A DNA stretch of 64,000 nt from Camelus ferus. Lineage: Eukaryota. A program made the position numbers and the translations under genes. Location: the NCBI RefSeq assembly GCF_009834535.1, contig NC_045707.1:58778001-58842000 (forward strand), in the 5' to 3' direction. Below the pieces are notes generated by a model that saw only the letters and a program-made list of their open reading frames with translations, did not search any database and was not told the origin of the DNA. Below are positions 12,506-25,399 of the stretch, piece after piece; within the stretch, counting starts at the first letter, position 1, and every line of letters starts with the position of its first letter.

Positions 12506-15105
12506 TATTTGCAAAACTAGGGGATAAAGAACAAATTGAGGATCTGAAGAGAGAGATCTGAGACTATGCAGAGGTGAAAACAGAAGCTAAGGGAAGAGCT
12601 GAAATTCCCAGGAACATATAAAGAGTGAGAAGAGAAAATCTCTGAGTGTCCTTGAACAACATCAACATGTTACACAGATCCCAGAGGTCCCTGGATATCA
12701 GGCAAGGACTTTGGGCTTTTTCCCTTATAATTTATAAAATCACCAAAGAGCTGTAAGTGGGTTAGTAGTGGGCAGTAACCTGATCAGAGTTGAATATTCA
12801 AAATACCAGTTGGGCTGTGGTATGGTGCATACTTAACTTATACAATTATTTATTCCCAATCCAATTTAACCAAATTCATTTTTCCTCTCAGGCAATTCTT
12901 TTTAAAAAATTGAATGACAGCTTGCTTTTAGAATATCCTATATAGATTAGGTCTGAGAACACGCATAGAGCAACTCCTCCCTTCTTTGCCCCCCAAAGAC
13001 TCACATATACACTCAACACATATTCCAGTCTCTTTGCAAAGTTGTCATACTTGGCTGATGTAATATTTAGGTCATCAACTTGAGCTAGTTTTCTAGTAGT
13101 GATGTTCAGGTTTTATGAATCATTTATAGGCTACCTGGGGTAAGCTTGCTTGGAAAAAAATAAAGGTAATTGACCTATGGAGTGATAATTTTAATTATAA
13201 TACCCGAAAAAGAATGCTATCAAGTGACTACCGTGTGGGGGGCATTGTTCTAAACACTTTATCTTATTGTTATTTAATCTTTGTAACAATCTTATGAGAT
13301 AATTCCCTAAGTTAGCTAAGTGACCCAAGTTCCTGCAAAGACTATACCAGCACAGTCAGTTTGAAGGAAGCACAACAAAATCAAACTAATGTAGCTTAAA
13401 CACAAACCCCCGCAAAAAACAACAACAACAACAAAAAAAAAAACAACCTATAAAAAAACACAATCCAGTACTTTCATCTCAATACACTTTAGTTAGAAGA
13501 GATGATGTGATCTTAAAATTTAACACTATAGGAATGTAACAATATTACATTTGGTCTCTGTAGAACATGAGTAGTTGAGTAACATATGTGTTAAAAGGTT
13601 TTACCATGAAGTTGCCAAAGTATAGTATCAGGTATGTAGTAAATGATTATGTTCCCTTACCCATGTATGACCCATCAAGCAGAAGAGAAAAGGATGCAGT
13701 GTTGAACAGTTATTCCAGTTCAGTTACACAGCTTACATCTTCTGGAAGGATGATCACTGTATCCTGTGCCAAGCATCCTTCTGCATAAATAGTTTTCAAG
13801 CTGCCATTAGTAATGCGTGAGAACAGCTCACCATTTCAGCAATGCCCACCACTACCTTCTTATTTCTCTTCTCTGACATACTGCTTGCGATTCAGAAAAG
13901 AGGGGACTGCTACACCAGACAGGGTTGCAAAGAGAGTATCTCCATTTAAAAAAAGACAAAGAGGATGTAATCAACTTCTATGAAGACATGAAAGCAGTCT
14001 ATTGGGTCAACATGAACTTGCTCATAGAAATCTTGAATCACTAGAGTTTAAGGGAGTAACAACTGCTTAAAGCTTAAAATAGCCAACTGAGGACAACAGT
14101 AGAATACTAAATATTCCAAAAAATGGGACTGGAGTATAGAAATGCACACGTCAGAGAGGTAGAATAAAAAGTACGTTTAAAGATAACTTTAGATAATTAA
14201 TGGATGTCAGATCCACACTGGGCTACTGAAAATAGAATTGTAATAGTTGTGTATTGCTTTTTGCCTCCACACTCTGTGTTCCTTGGCCACTATGTGGGCA
14301 CAGACCACGAGCTACTAGAAATTATTATAGTTCAAGTACATGATGTTTTTAGTTCTACAGGGAAAACCATGGCAGGCCCTTCTTTAAAACGTTTAGCTAG
14401 CTTATTTTTTCTCAGTTGGAATTCTTCAAAGGGGGTTCCTCATTTCTACTCACATCTCTCAAAAGCCATCCTTAAAGAGAATCACTTCTGTGTCCCCCAG
14501 AGCATCCCATGAACCTCTCTTAATGTGACACTAATGTACTAGTCTGCACTAACCTCTTTGCTTGCTGGTTTTTTCCAATAGACTGTGCTGTCCCAGGCAG
14601 GGAGCATGTTAATACACCTGTCCATTTCACCTATGTCCACCAAGTGATTTCATTATTTGCTACAGGAACTAACTTCTTTCTTCAAATGAAGAACTATGAG
14701 AAAAATTAGTTCAGAAAGGTGTTTCTATTTTCCAATTATTAAATATATTTACCTATTCACTCAAGAAATGAGAATTGACTTTCCAGATCACTGTATTGCC
14801 AGATTCTGTGTATATTTAAATGACAGCAAAAAATATTTTGAAAATTCCTCAAATTTATGCCATTCCTTAAAGTGTTTGTTAAGAGAAACTCCGGAAAGGC
14901 TAAAATTTCAAAAAAAAAAAAACTAAACGAACAAAATCGAACAGGGTGAAAACAGAAACTCTTAAAATTTCCTAATTTACCTTCTTTTATTTTCTTCCAC
15001 AACAAGCAAACATCCCAACAAAGCGTGCAAATAGCAAAGTTGACTTTCTAATTGTTTCTTTACTAAGATATTAGCCACTAGAATGTAAAATTAAGTATAT
15101 GTAAA

Positions 15106-15592
15106 ATTTCTTCATTGGAGAATTGCTTGTTTAGGTCTTCTGCCTATTTTTGGATTGGGTTGTTTTTTTTTCTTATTAAGTTGTATGACCTGTTTATATA
15201 TTCTGGAAATTAAGCCTTTGTCAGTCTCATCTTTTGCAAATATTTTCTCCCATTCTGTAGGTTGTCTTTTTGCTTTGCTTATGGTTTCCTTTGTTGTGCA
15301 GAAGATTATAAGTTTAGTTAGGCCCCATTTGTTACCAGGGAGGAGGGGAAGAGGGTGGGGAAGGGATAAATTGGGAGTTCAAGATTTGCAGATACTAACT
15401 AATATATATATAATAGATAAACAACAAGCTCATACTATATAACACAGGGAATTACATTTAGTATCCTGTAGTAACTTACGGTGAAAAAGAAAAGGAAAAC
15501 GAATATAGTTATGTTCCTTTACAACTAAAGCGTTGTGCTGTACACCAGAAATAGACACAACATTGTAAACTGACTATACTTCAATGAATATA
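15106..15592 (+). mobile_element. 5'-inverted L1 insertion: antisense ORF2 segment (15106-15333) joined to a sense 3'UTR (15331-15592)
   Basis: The first part is antisense L1 ORF2 ('ttggagaattgcttgtttaggtcttctgcc...tgcaaatattttctcccattctgtaggttgtc...ccccatttgtt'). The second part is a sense L1 3'UTR nearly identical to 56045-56290. Confidence 0.9.
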
Positions 15593-17519
15593 TAAAGAGA
15601 GAGGTTTCTTAATTATTTAAATCACTTTGAAACATGTGCCATTTTTAAACCACTCCGGAATACAGTTCTTAACTTGAGCTTTATATGGTTTTTCAAAATC
15701 ACCAGTAGTGTGTCTTTGTTTCTTGAATTCTTTGGTTCAAACTCTAGAACCACGTTCGTCAGAAACAGAATCACTTCATGTGGCCTCCCTGATCACAGCG
15801 CAGCATTCAAATGCACTTACAGTTCCCAAGGACATGAAAGCATCTCTAACTGTTATCTGACTTCCTCCCTGGCTCATATAGCTGGCATCACAACTGTTTT
15901 TACTAGTTTGAAACAGACTAGAACTCAGCGGTACTGTGATGGGCACACATTTTCTTAAAAAGCCCTGACATGTTGTTCTGTAGTAAGAACCAGAACCTAT
16001 GTTTGATTGATTGCTTCTTGCAAGGGGCCTATTGTAAGAATCATCCATCAGAATCCTGCATCCATTAACCTCTCTCTTTTGTGTTCATATAGAAAAGTCC
16101 TTCTGATGACATATATGTTTGTTTACATTTTAAGGCAGCACGAACAATGTGTTCATAGTAACAGATTGGGACAGAAGGATGAAAGGACGTTTGAGGCATG
16201 ATCAAATCAGGATTTTTATGTAAAGAAGTGTTCTGATGACAATCACTCTTAAGTAAGATTATAATTTTAATAACTCCAAGCAAGCATCTTAAAATATTGC
16301 CTTTGTAGCTACATATAATTTTATTCCAAATCAATTTTTAGCATATATATTTAATAAGAGAATCTTCCTTCCAGTTGATTCAATACTGTGGAACAGTGGT
16401 TAAACTCCAGCAAATAGAGCTTATTCTAAACAATATACACAGCTTTCTATCAGTTCATAAAAGAAAGTAACTTAAAATGTCGAATAATTTGCTGAAAAAA
16501 TTGAGAGACTGAAATTTTAAATTAGTGCAAGAATAAACATTTACATATAAAATAATTTCAAATACATTATATGCAACAGACTCTTAGGTCCTATAAATGT
16601 TCTTCTCAATAGATACTAAATGAATTGAGTGTTTTTCACACTGGCACAAAAGATACAAAGTGACATTAAAGCATAGAGCACTTTCTTTAAATTACAGCTG
16701 CAAGTAATAAAAAGTAATCACTGGGAAGAATAATATATATTGTTTTGAACAGTCTTCGGTAAGTGCCTGGACATGCCTGGTAGGGATTGCTAAGAATTAC
16801 AACACTGGACTGTAGAGACAGAAAAATGCAAACAAAAATGTAGCAAGGAAGTGATCAATGAGCTTCTGCTGTGTTTAGATTTAAATCAAAAAGAGAAATT
16901 TGAAGTTATTTGTTGATTCCTTGGTTTCTAAGGGATGGCGCTTGTTTGTATGCAGTGGTTTTGTTGTGGTTTGGAACTTCCTGGGCCTCAGAAGCAACAT
17001 CCCTGTATTAAAGGGTACTTGGAAAAGGGAGATAAAACTTTATCTCAAACTTTATTCCCAAGGAAGAGGAAACGTACGCTCAAAAATGGCTTTTCTTTTC
17101 CTTTCAAATTCCAGCTTGAACAGAACTTAAAGAGGCTGTGACCTCAAGTGAAGCTGTGTGAGGATTTAGGGGATAAGAGAGGAAATGGAGGGAAATGAAA
17201 TTTCTAGGTTGTTTCAAATGATGTTTGAAAATTATCTGAATGCTAGAAGGTAAACAAAAATGTAGGCTGAGCAAATTGATTTTAAAATCTTAAGTGATTT
17301 CTTAATCCAACAATATGTTACAATGGGCACTGCTTTGCCACATTTTGTATGATTTTCATATTTATTATTTATTTGGATAGTATTATAAGAAAATACCTTA
17401 CAAGATGAGTGTTTTGTTATTTTTTTAATGTAAACATGACCCTGCAAATTCATTTGCATCAAAGAAAAACTGTCCTGTATTTGGGTTGGCTCAGAGCAGT
17501 TTGACTCTGAAAGAAAAGC

Positions 17520-17905
17520 ACAGAATACAGGCTTTTCATGTAGGAAGACATGGGATCCAATTCTGGTCTCTACCCACTACTGGCTGTGTGACCATGAGTA
17601 AATTACTTAACCCTTCTGAGTCCATTTAAAAAAAATTGGGGGAGAGGGGGTAATTAGGTTTATTTATGTATGTATTTATTTATTTGGTTAATTTGATTGA
17701 TTGATTTTAATGGAGGTACTGGGGATTGAACCCAGGACCTCATGCATGCCAAACACACACTCTACCACTAAGCTACATGCTCCCCTGAGTCCATTTAGAT
17801 ATATGGTACAATTAATAAAATCATCCCCATGGAGCCTATTTTTATTAAGTGAAGTAAGTATGAAGCTCAACGCTTGACTATAGTAAGTGCTTCAGCAAGT
17901 GGCAG
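17520..17905 (+). mobile_element. MIR SINE interrupted by a younger SINE
   Basis: 'ctactggctgtgtgaccatgagtaaattacttaacccttctgagtc' MIR core before the insert, and 'tagtaagtgcttcagcaagtggc' MIR end after it. Confidence 0.7.
17629..17784 (-). mobile_element. Camelid tRNA-derived SINE (Vic-1-like) with 13-bp target-site duplication
   Basis: The reverse complement begins GGGGAGCATGTAGCTTAGTGGTAGAG (A box) and contains GGTTCAATCCC (B box), then AATAAA-rich sequence. TSD ctgagtccattta at 17616-17628 and 17785-17797. Confidence 0.9.
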
Positions 17906-19744
17906 AATGAGGAACCAGGAGAGGTTGCTCTAGGGTATCGAGAAAGCTTTTTTCTTTAAATAGAGAAGAAAAGCCCACAGATCCTCATTACGCAGTCTTC
18001 ACAATAATCAAGATACACAGACACATTCTCCATTAAGCTGACAAGTGAATAAATAAGTCTATCCACTGGTTCCCTTCAGCTGGTGGACACTTGGTAGCAT
18101 CCAGTGTAGGCAACGTACAGCACCATGTCTTTGTCTAGCACTGTCTCCCTGGTCCTTTGATATAGTGGCCAGAGAACAGAGTCCATGTTTACTCTGATGG
18201 ACATTTTCATCGAAAATCATTCATCTCTTTCTAGCCAGGAGAGGCTTTGGGGCTCAGATAGGTTTTCAAATGTGCTTTTAAAAATGGGCTAAATGTGTTC
18301 AGAGGAAGGAGGCTTGTTAACGTACTTGAAAGAAAATCACCAAACATACAGAGGAGAGAGGCAGGCCATACAGCTCGGAGAAAGGACATAATTATAAGAT
18401 TTGATATGCAGAATGGATTTCAGAGTAACTCCATCATCCCAGGATTCTTCTAAAAGAATCCCAGGAAGTCATCAACAGAGGACTCCTGCTTATCAATGAA
18501 ATACGGCATCATCTTAAGTAGAAATTCCATCTATCTGCAAATACAGAGCTTGCTGCAAACTTTAAGGTGTTTTTTTTTTCTCACTTTTCACTTATTTCAC
18601 TTATACTTTCAGTTTTTGAACAACTATTTTAGCTGAGTTTGTTTTTTTTTTTCACTTATTCTTTTGGTTTTCTAATTCAGCTATTAGTGAAGTTGTTAGG
18701 GGAGGAGGATTTAGTAAGGTAAAAACCTGGTGGGTAATACATTTGAAATCATATTAACCACATGTCAGCAAACGTTGATAATACACAATTCTCTGCATCA
18801 GTGGCCAATTTCTGTAGATCTGAGCCGTGTCTAAGTGATGACTGTCCTCTAAATAAACCATATAATTCTGCCCATACCTCAACTCCTAGGGTTCCCGTCA
18901 CTGCGCCTTTAGGGCAAGTCTTAAGGTCAATTTTATTATGCCTTGAAATTAAGCACAATAAAGTAGAAATAAATTCAAATGGAGTGACATCCTTTCATTC
19001 ATGACTATTGTTCATCTGACCACCATTTGTCGAGAGTCAGCTATGTGCCAGTTATGAAGACAGAGTTCTCCTGTGGGTCTACAGTACTCCACAAAGACAG
19101 TTTGATTAAGGAGGTAAGAGATTACACAGTGCAAAATAGATTTACTGTTAGCACTAGAGCAATGACTTGAAATGCTGTGTAATCACTGGTGAATAGGCTG
19201 GCTATCAAACCAACCTGAACTGGTATTAGAATTCGGCAAAAATAATTACTCAAGAAAGCTTTTTTCACCATCGTGGACTTCATGGTCTCAAACAACAACA
19301 AAATCTTTGCAGGCATCTGTCATTAAGAAACAAACCAAAAATCACTTGAACTTTCTTAGTCAGTAAACTGCAAGGCTAGGATAATATTTTCTCCATGAAA
19401 ATCCAAAGGGAAATCACCATAATAGCAAATTTTGATCACAACGATAATCTGTAGTTCTGTAATTATTTTTTACTGATTAATTTATCAACTATGTAAGAGG
19501 TCAAATCTCAATAAATCACAGTGTAATCTTAGAATAAACTGCTACTAAAACACAGATCCTATGCATAAATGTTCTTGCTAGTAGTTAATTTTGATAAGAA
19601 ACACTTTTTTTTTTATTTTTTGATAGGCATCTTAAATTTAAAATCATTACCACCATTGTTTCAGGTATTTAGGACACGTCCTTTAAAGACACACAAAAAA
19701 AACCTCCCTGAATTTTCCTTTGTAACAAAAGGAGGGAGTGGGTT

Positions 19745-19910
19745 ATTAACTCACTTAATCCTCAAGACAATTTAATAATGTAGATGCTGTATTATCCCAG
19801 TTTAACAGGTAAGGAAACTGAGGTGCAAGTAGGTTAAACAAACAGACTTGTAGAAAAAACAGGTGACAGGTGGAAGAGCCAGGCTTCAAACTCAAGCAGC
19901 ATGCCTCCAG
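19745..19910 (-). mobile_element. MIR SINE
   Basis: 'cttaatcctcaagacaat...attatcccagtttaacaggtaaggaaactgagg...gagccaggcttcaaactcaagcag'. Confidence 0.8.
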
Positions 19911-22442
19911 TTTCTTCGTGTGCATTCCGTTAATGTTTGTATTAAATTGTTCTAGGTATTTCTCAGAATGTTATTTCACATTCATTAAACACACACACAC
20001 ACAAACACATATAAAAACAGTCGCTCCAGCAGCGTCAGTACTCCACGATTACCCAGGGACTTCCTCCCAAATCGCTCCACCCCTCGTTCTCATCCAGAAA
20101 AACAAGACCCAAGTTCAAGAGTAAAGCAACTTCATTTTATCACAATTTCTCACATCACAGGCATTTCCATCCTAACTCACATACCTTGTGTTTATACCAC
20201 CTCATTCTACACTGAGCAATTCATTGATTTTCAGCCAAATAAAAATATGAATCTTAATACATGCTTGACCTTGAAATTTTGAAGGACACAGAAAATGCAA
20301 TTAATCTACTAGGTGACCATAGAGCAAACACTCTATTTCAGTGTTTCTCCCTTGCCCTACCCCCATCTTTATCTACATATACACACATAATACAACAGGA
20401 AGTAAAATGCATGGCCCCATAAAACCTTTAGGTAAAGGTCAAGGAAAGATTATTTTCTTCCTGGTCATCGCAAAGGTGTAGTTCATTGATACCAAGGCTA
20501 CCAGTGATACTAAATAGACACCCATATGACCAATAAGCATTTATTTCCCCCTGAGGTCCAACCAGTATTACCCCTACTCAAGAGATACTGACAAAACCCG
20601 AATGCTGGGTTTGAAAAGTAACCAAGTAACACCTTTCTTATCTTCTGAATTCTGATCCTGCTGGTCATTCAGACACCGCCTTAATATGACAGATTGTCTA
20701 GCAGCTGAGCAAAACTAAACAGAGCTCCTAAATTATTGTTAAACCCTTAGAAAAGTATATTTTTCCCTCCTCAAGTATTTCAAAATATTTTAGCAACTGT
20801 TTAACTGTCACTTTAAGTTGAAACAGATTGAAAGGTAACAAGAAATACTGTTTTTATAGGAGAAAGGATTTAAAAAAATCCTAGAAATGTGAAATCATAA
20901 AATTGAAAAGAAAATCTCAAAAGGCATATGAACTCAGTGCATGCATGCACAGCTTTTCCGTCTTCAAGATTCAGATAAAGATTTTAATTAGGTCCCTTGA
21001 AAACTGTTGTTAACGCTAAAATAAAAACCCTATCATCACTTTCTTTTCACAGAGCACTCAGGATACCATGCCCCAAAACAGAATTTAAATTCCTGATTAA
21101 CACTGCAATAGAAGGGTAGAGAAATCTAATGTAAGCCATACTGCTTTCATTTAAGTGCATTTTAGCGGATAGGTCTTTTAATATTTAGCATTCATTATTA
21201 TACACATAGAGATGGGTTACATATTTTATTTTTTGCCTAACATGCTAATATTTAACAAAACCCCAAATAAAAACTACTTATTTAAAGTTATTTATAATAA
21301 CAAACATGCCACTATTGAAAAAAAATGCTCCAGGCCAATTATCACAGGTACAATAAACTGATGAAAACCAACTGGGTTTCACAATAAGAAAATATTTACA
21401 TAAATTCTCTGTCTCTCCCTTGTATATCTTTTCCAGTGTATAAACCCATCATAATGATAGGGGGAGAGAGTACGTATGAGACCATTTTTAATTTATCATT
21501 ATCACAATCTGCTGGTCATTCTGATAATTTAATAATTAAGATACCTTCAAACATAAAATTTATGTTAAATTAATAAGTAAGCATAATGAAAAGCTCAATA
21601 ATGCGTGTTCTTTCAAGTTGGAGTACGCAAATAATGGAAGACAATATTTGATTTAATTCTGAAGCTGTCATTTGCAGAAGCCTAATTTTCATGGTCAAGG
21701 TGACTTCTGGATACATGGAGTGAATCCTTACAGAACTGTACCGAAGAGAAAACAACATGTGTCAACCCTGTGGGTGGAGGTGACACGCAATTTAAAATGT
21801 CTAATTACACGTTTCACCTTAGCTAAACACCCTGAAAGATGACATGATCTAATTGCAGATTAATGCATTATTTCTCTAAGGCTACAAATGAAGTAGCTAG
21901 AGGAAACAGCTCTCTGATTCTCTAAGTAGTCCAAGACTTCTGTTAAATGCCTTTGTTTGCCATGTAAATCTGAATAATCTATCTGCATATCACTGACTCT
22001 AAAATATAACTAAAATATTAGTGGACATTAAAATACCATTAAGGGTTGCTTTTGAAAATTGAATAGGTAAATATCATCCCTGATTAGGGGTGCAGAGCAA
22101 ACCAGGCTAGACCTAATGAAAAATCTGATACACTGTCTTCCCTCATTACTCCCTACTTCTCACTCCCCCTTCTCCATGCCCCAACTTCTTTTCTTCTTGC
22201 ATTTTTAATGAAAAATTTAATAAGCTTTTTTCTCCTGGCAAAGTATCTTAGAGTCTTTCTAAATTCCTATTGTGGTTCGACTTTCCAAATATCATCAAAA
22301 TTTGTGTTTGCTGGGCGCCTGAATTCTTTGAGATATTGCTTCCAGCAGATTACACAATTTGCCTCACTTCTCAACACAACACCTCCATTCGCTTTAAATG
22401 GAAAAAGACTCGAGGATTTGATGATAACGGTCCTGTGTACAC

Positions 22443-22555
22443 ACTCATTCAGTCCATCCAGAAATGCTCTCCGAATACTTTGGAATGTGCCACACTCTGT
22501 GCTAGGAATGAAAAGATGGACACACTCCATCGAAGTACTCCTAGAAGCTCTAACA
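22443..22555 (-). mobile_element. L2 3' end fragment
   Basis: 'ctcattcagtccatccagaaatg...atgtgccacactctgtgctagg'. Confidence 0.5.
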
Positions 22556-22631
22556 ACGAAACGCGCTGGGTGAGGTACGAGTGAGCAGCACGTGGGCAGT
22601 ATGTGCGCTGAGGAGGGTTGCTCATTTTGAG

Positions 22632-22866
22632 GTTACAACAGATTGAATGTTTGTGCATTCTGAATTCCTAACCACCAACGTGATGGCCCTAGGAGATAGG
22701 CCTTTGGGTAGGTGATTAGGTCATAAAAGTGGAATCCGCATGAATGAGATTAGTGCCCTTATGAAAGAGACCACAGAGAGCTCCCTGGCCCCATCCACCA
22801 TGTGCGGACACAGTGAGAAAGCTGTCCGTCTCGTAATTTATTATAGCTGTGTAAATGGACTAAGAG
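22632..22866 (+). mobile_element. MLT1A-like ERVL-MaLR solo LTR with internal deletion
   Basis: 'gattgaatgtttgtg...ggcctttgggtaggtgattaggtcat...gattagtgcccttatgaaagagaccacagagagctccctggcccc...gtgagaa' jumps directly to the LTR end 'ttatagc...aatggactaaga'. Confidence 0.85.
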
Positions 22867-25217
22867 GTGAAACCTTAGGCTGAATGACTTTTTCAGCTCT
22901 TCTCTGTATTGTTCAGTCCTATTCTCATCCTTTTCTATTTTTTCTAACTTCCTCCAGCCTCCCAATGATTGAGCCACATAACCTGTCTTCCAGAATCATA
23001 CATTCCAGCATCAATTCCCTGCCACTAATCTCTATTATGTCCCTATTACGCAGTTAAAGGCTGAGGGGATGGTGATGGTGAAGAGGACAGGCGTGTTCTG
23101 CTTTCAGGGAACCTAGGGGGTGAATTAAATTGAATATGTATTTAATTGCAATTATTAAGCACTTAGCATCAAGTAAAAAAATTCTGTCCTCGCGGTTTTG
23201 TCATTTAAGGTTAACTTTCCCTTTCTTTCATCTGATTCTGATTTGCTTTGTTTTTAATAGTTAGCTTAAGAAGAAGGGAAAAAAAAAAAAAAACCTCAGG
23301 ATACAGAATGTGATTCGAGAAATCTCTAGTCTCTCCTTAGAGCAAACCACAAATGTTGGTCTTTTTTCTTGATGGAGAAAGGGTTGTGTCTTCCTGAGCA
23401 AACTCAGAGTGATGGCTCTTTCACAGGACCAGAAGCCAGTGTTCATTAAGCCATGGATTGATTTTTACCCGGTGAAGAAAGTGAACGTAAGGAAATGTAG
23501 GAGTAGAGAGATTTTATGGGGCTAAAACCTGCGAACACTGTAGTCTAGGAACGTTCCAGAACCCCCAGTAAATTAATAGTGACAACAGTGCTTTTTGGTA
23601 AAACTACTATACAGTATTCACGGGAACAGAGCATGAGTCATGGCATTCTGACAATCCATGCCGAAGTTGAAACGAAGTGGAACTATAATTTATAGGACAA
23701 TAGAACCCAAGACAGAGGCACATGTAGTCCAGGCTCTTTAAATATTCTATAAATAATAGCTCAGAGAGGCACAACTGACAATGAGCAGAGGCTGGATGAT
23801 GAATCACCAAGTAGTTTAAGTAAAACCCTGCCTGATTAAATGCTTTGTTTTTAAAACCACCTGCATCAGTGTCTGCTGTAGCAGGACAGATCAAATTGTT
23901 CTCGGGCTTTTTTCAAAAAAAGCAGGCGGGCTGACAAATGATAAGTTTTATTATATTATGAAACTGATGCCAAACTGAAGTGCTGAGCGTTGTGTAATTT
24001 CAATTATCTGCGTTTCGGCCCAAGATGGGGTGCCAGGCGATGCCAAGGACAGGGCTGAGGCACATGATCGAGCAGCTATGGTTTGGGGTTGCTGGCTCGT
24101 AATCTCATTTTGGTCTTCGTGGCCGGGAGGACTCATTTGTCCTTCCTTCCCTTCAGGAGTCCTTTCTGTTTATCCCACCAACCAGTTACCAGATGCTCCA
24201 TCGACTAAGCTAATTAGCGGAGTCTCCTTCGGAAGCTGGTGCTTGCTGAGTGCGGTCATTAGAACAGACAGAAGTGCAGAGGCTGGAGACATCCCGAGTG
24301 ATGCAGGAGCTCCAGCCAGCCCTCTTGAAGCCAAGCCACCAGGAGCGGCACGGCCGCCGTGACCAGATGATGGAGAAACATCCCCTCAGGTCAACCAAAG
24401 ATCTGGTCACTCATCTGGCTTTTAACATGAAGCGGAAGAGAGGACTGACTAACTTGTTCACTGCACTGACTCCTAACATGGACTAACAGAGTCTCATTAT
24501 TTCCGTGTTAACCACACCTTTTGTTTATATAGTGACAAACTGACACCACATATTAAATAATACATTTTCAGCTACTGGTTCTCCCTTCCCCTAGAGTATT
24601 TTAATTACTTTAAAATTTTTGTATTATTAAATTCCACATTATTGCTGTCCTGAAGACCTACCTAACCCCATTTGTCATATGTCTTCTATATTAGGACCCC
24701 CACTGGGGTGTCATTTTACCTTAAATCATACTTTGTGTCACTTTCTTGCTCACATCCCTTCCCTCCCTACAACACTGGCAGCTCCTGGAGGACTGGAGGA
24801 CATGGACTCTACTTCTAATTCATTTGTAGATCAGTAGGGTTCAGCATAAATCTAGTAACAGTTTGCTTAGTAAACAAATGAATTAAACTCCTAGTTCCAT
24901 AATAGAATGACCTATGTATCGGAGATAACAATTTATCCAGTAGTCTTGGTTTTGTAAAAAGTTAGATGTGAGGCTTTATTATGATAACAGCAGAATTATA
25001 CTGATCTAGGGCAAAGAGTTAATCCACATCCGGAGAGTCTGGACTTCACTAAGAGTCTGGAGGAAATACACTGCCCATTCACATAGAAGACTGTCTCATT
25101 TCCCATTAAAAACCACTCCCCCCCCCCAGATTAGTATAAAAATGTATTGGGTATAAAAACTTTATCTTTTGATATCCTGGGTGACGCTGCTCTGCATTTA
25201 AAATGAAAAGATATGTT

Positions 25218-25394
25218 TAAGTCAGAAAGAGAAAGAAAAATACCATATGATATCGCTTATATATGGAATCTAAAAAAAGGACACAAATGAACTCATCTAC
25301 AAAACAGAAACAGATTCAGACACAGAGAACAGACTTATGGTTACCAGGGTGTAAAGGGGGTGTAAAGTGATAACTTGGGAATTCGAAATTTGCA
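25218..25394 (+). mobile_element. Young camelid-type L1 fragment (ORF2 end and start of 3'UTR), 3'-truncated
   Basis: 'aagtcagaaagagaaagaaaaataccatatgatatcgcttatatatggaatctaaaaaa...cttatggttaccaggg...ttgggaattcgaaatttgca', with no poly(A) tail. Confidence 0.85.
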
Positions 25395-25399
25395 CCTCT

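Noticed and set aside
15155..15442. 95-aa ORF on +
   Set aside because: Antisense L1 ORF2 read through the inversion junction into the L1 3'UTR
15821..15978. Minus-strand open segment ending in GTAAGT
   Set aside because: Ambiguous, weak acceptor and unrecognised peptide, so it is likely a pseudo-exon
17688..17790. tRNA-like sequence with A and B boxes
   Set aside because: It is the head of a TSD-flanked SINE with an AT-rich tail, not a functional tRNA gene
22208..22658. Four overlapping ORFs on both strands
   Set aside because: No recognisable protein or convincing splice sites, and they partly overlap L2 and MLT1 remnants
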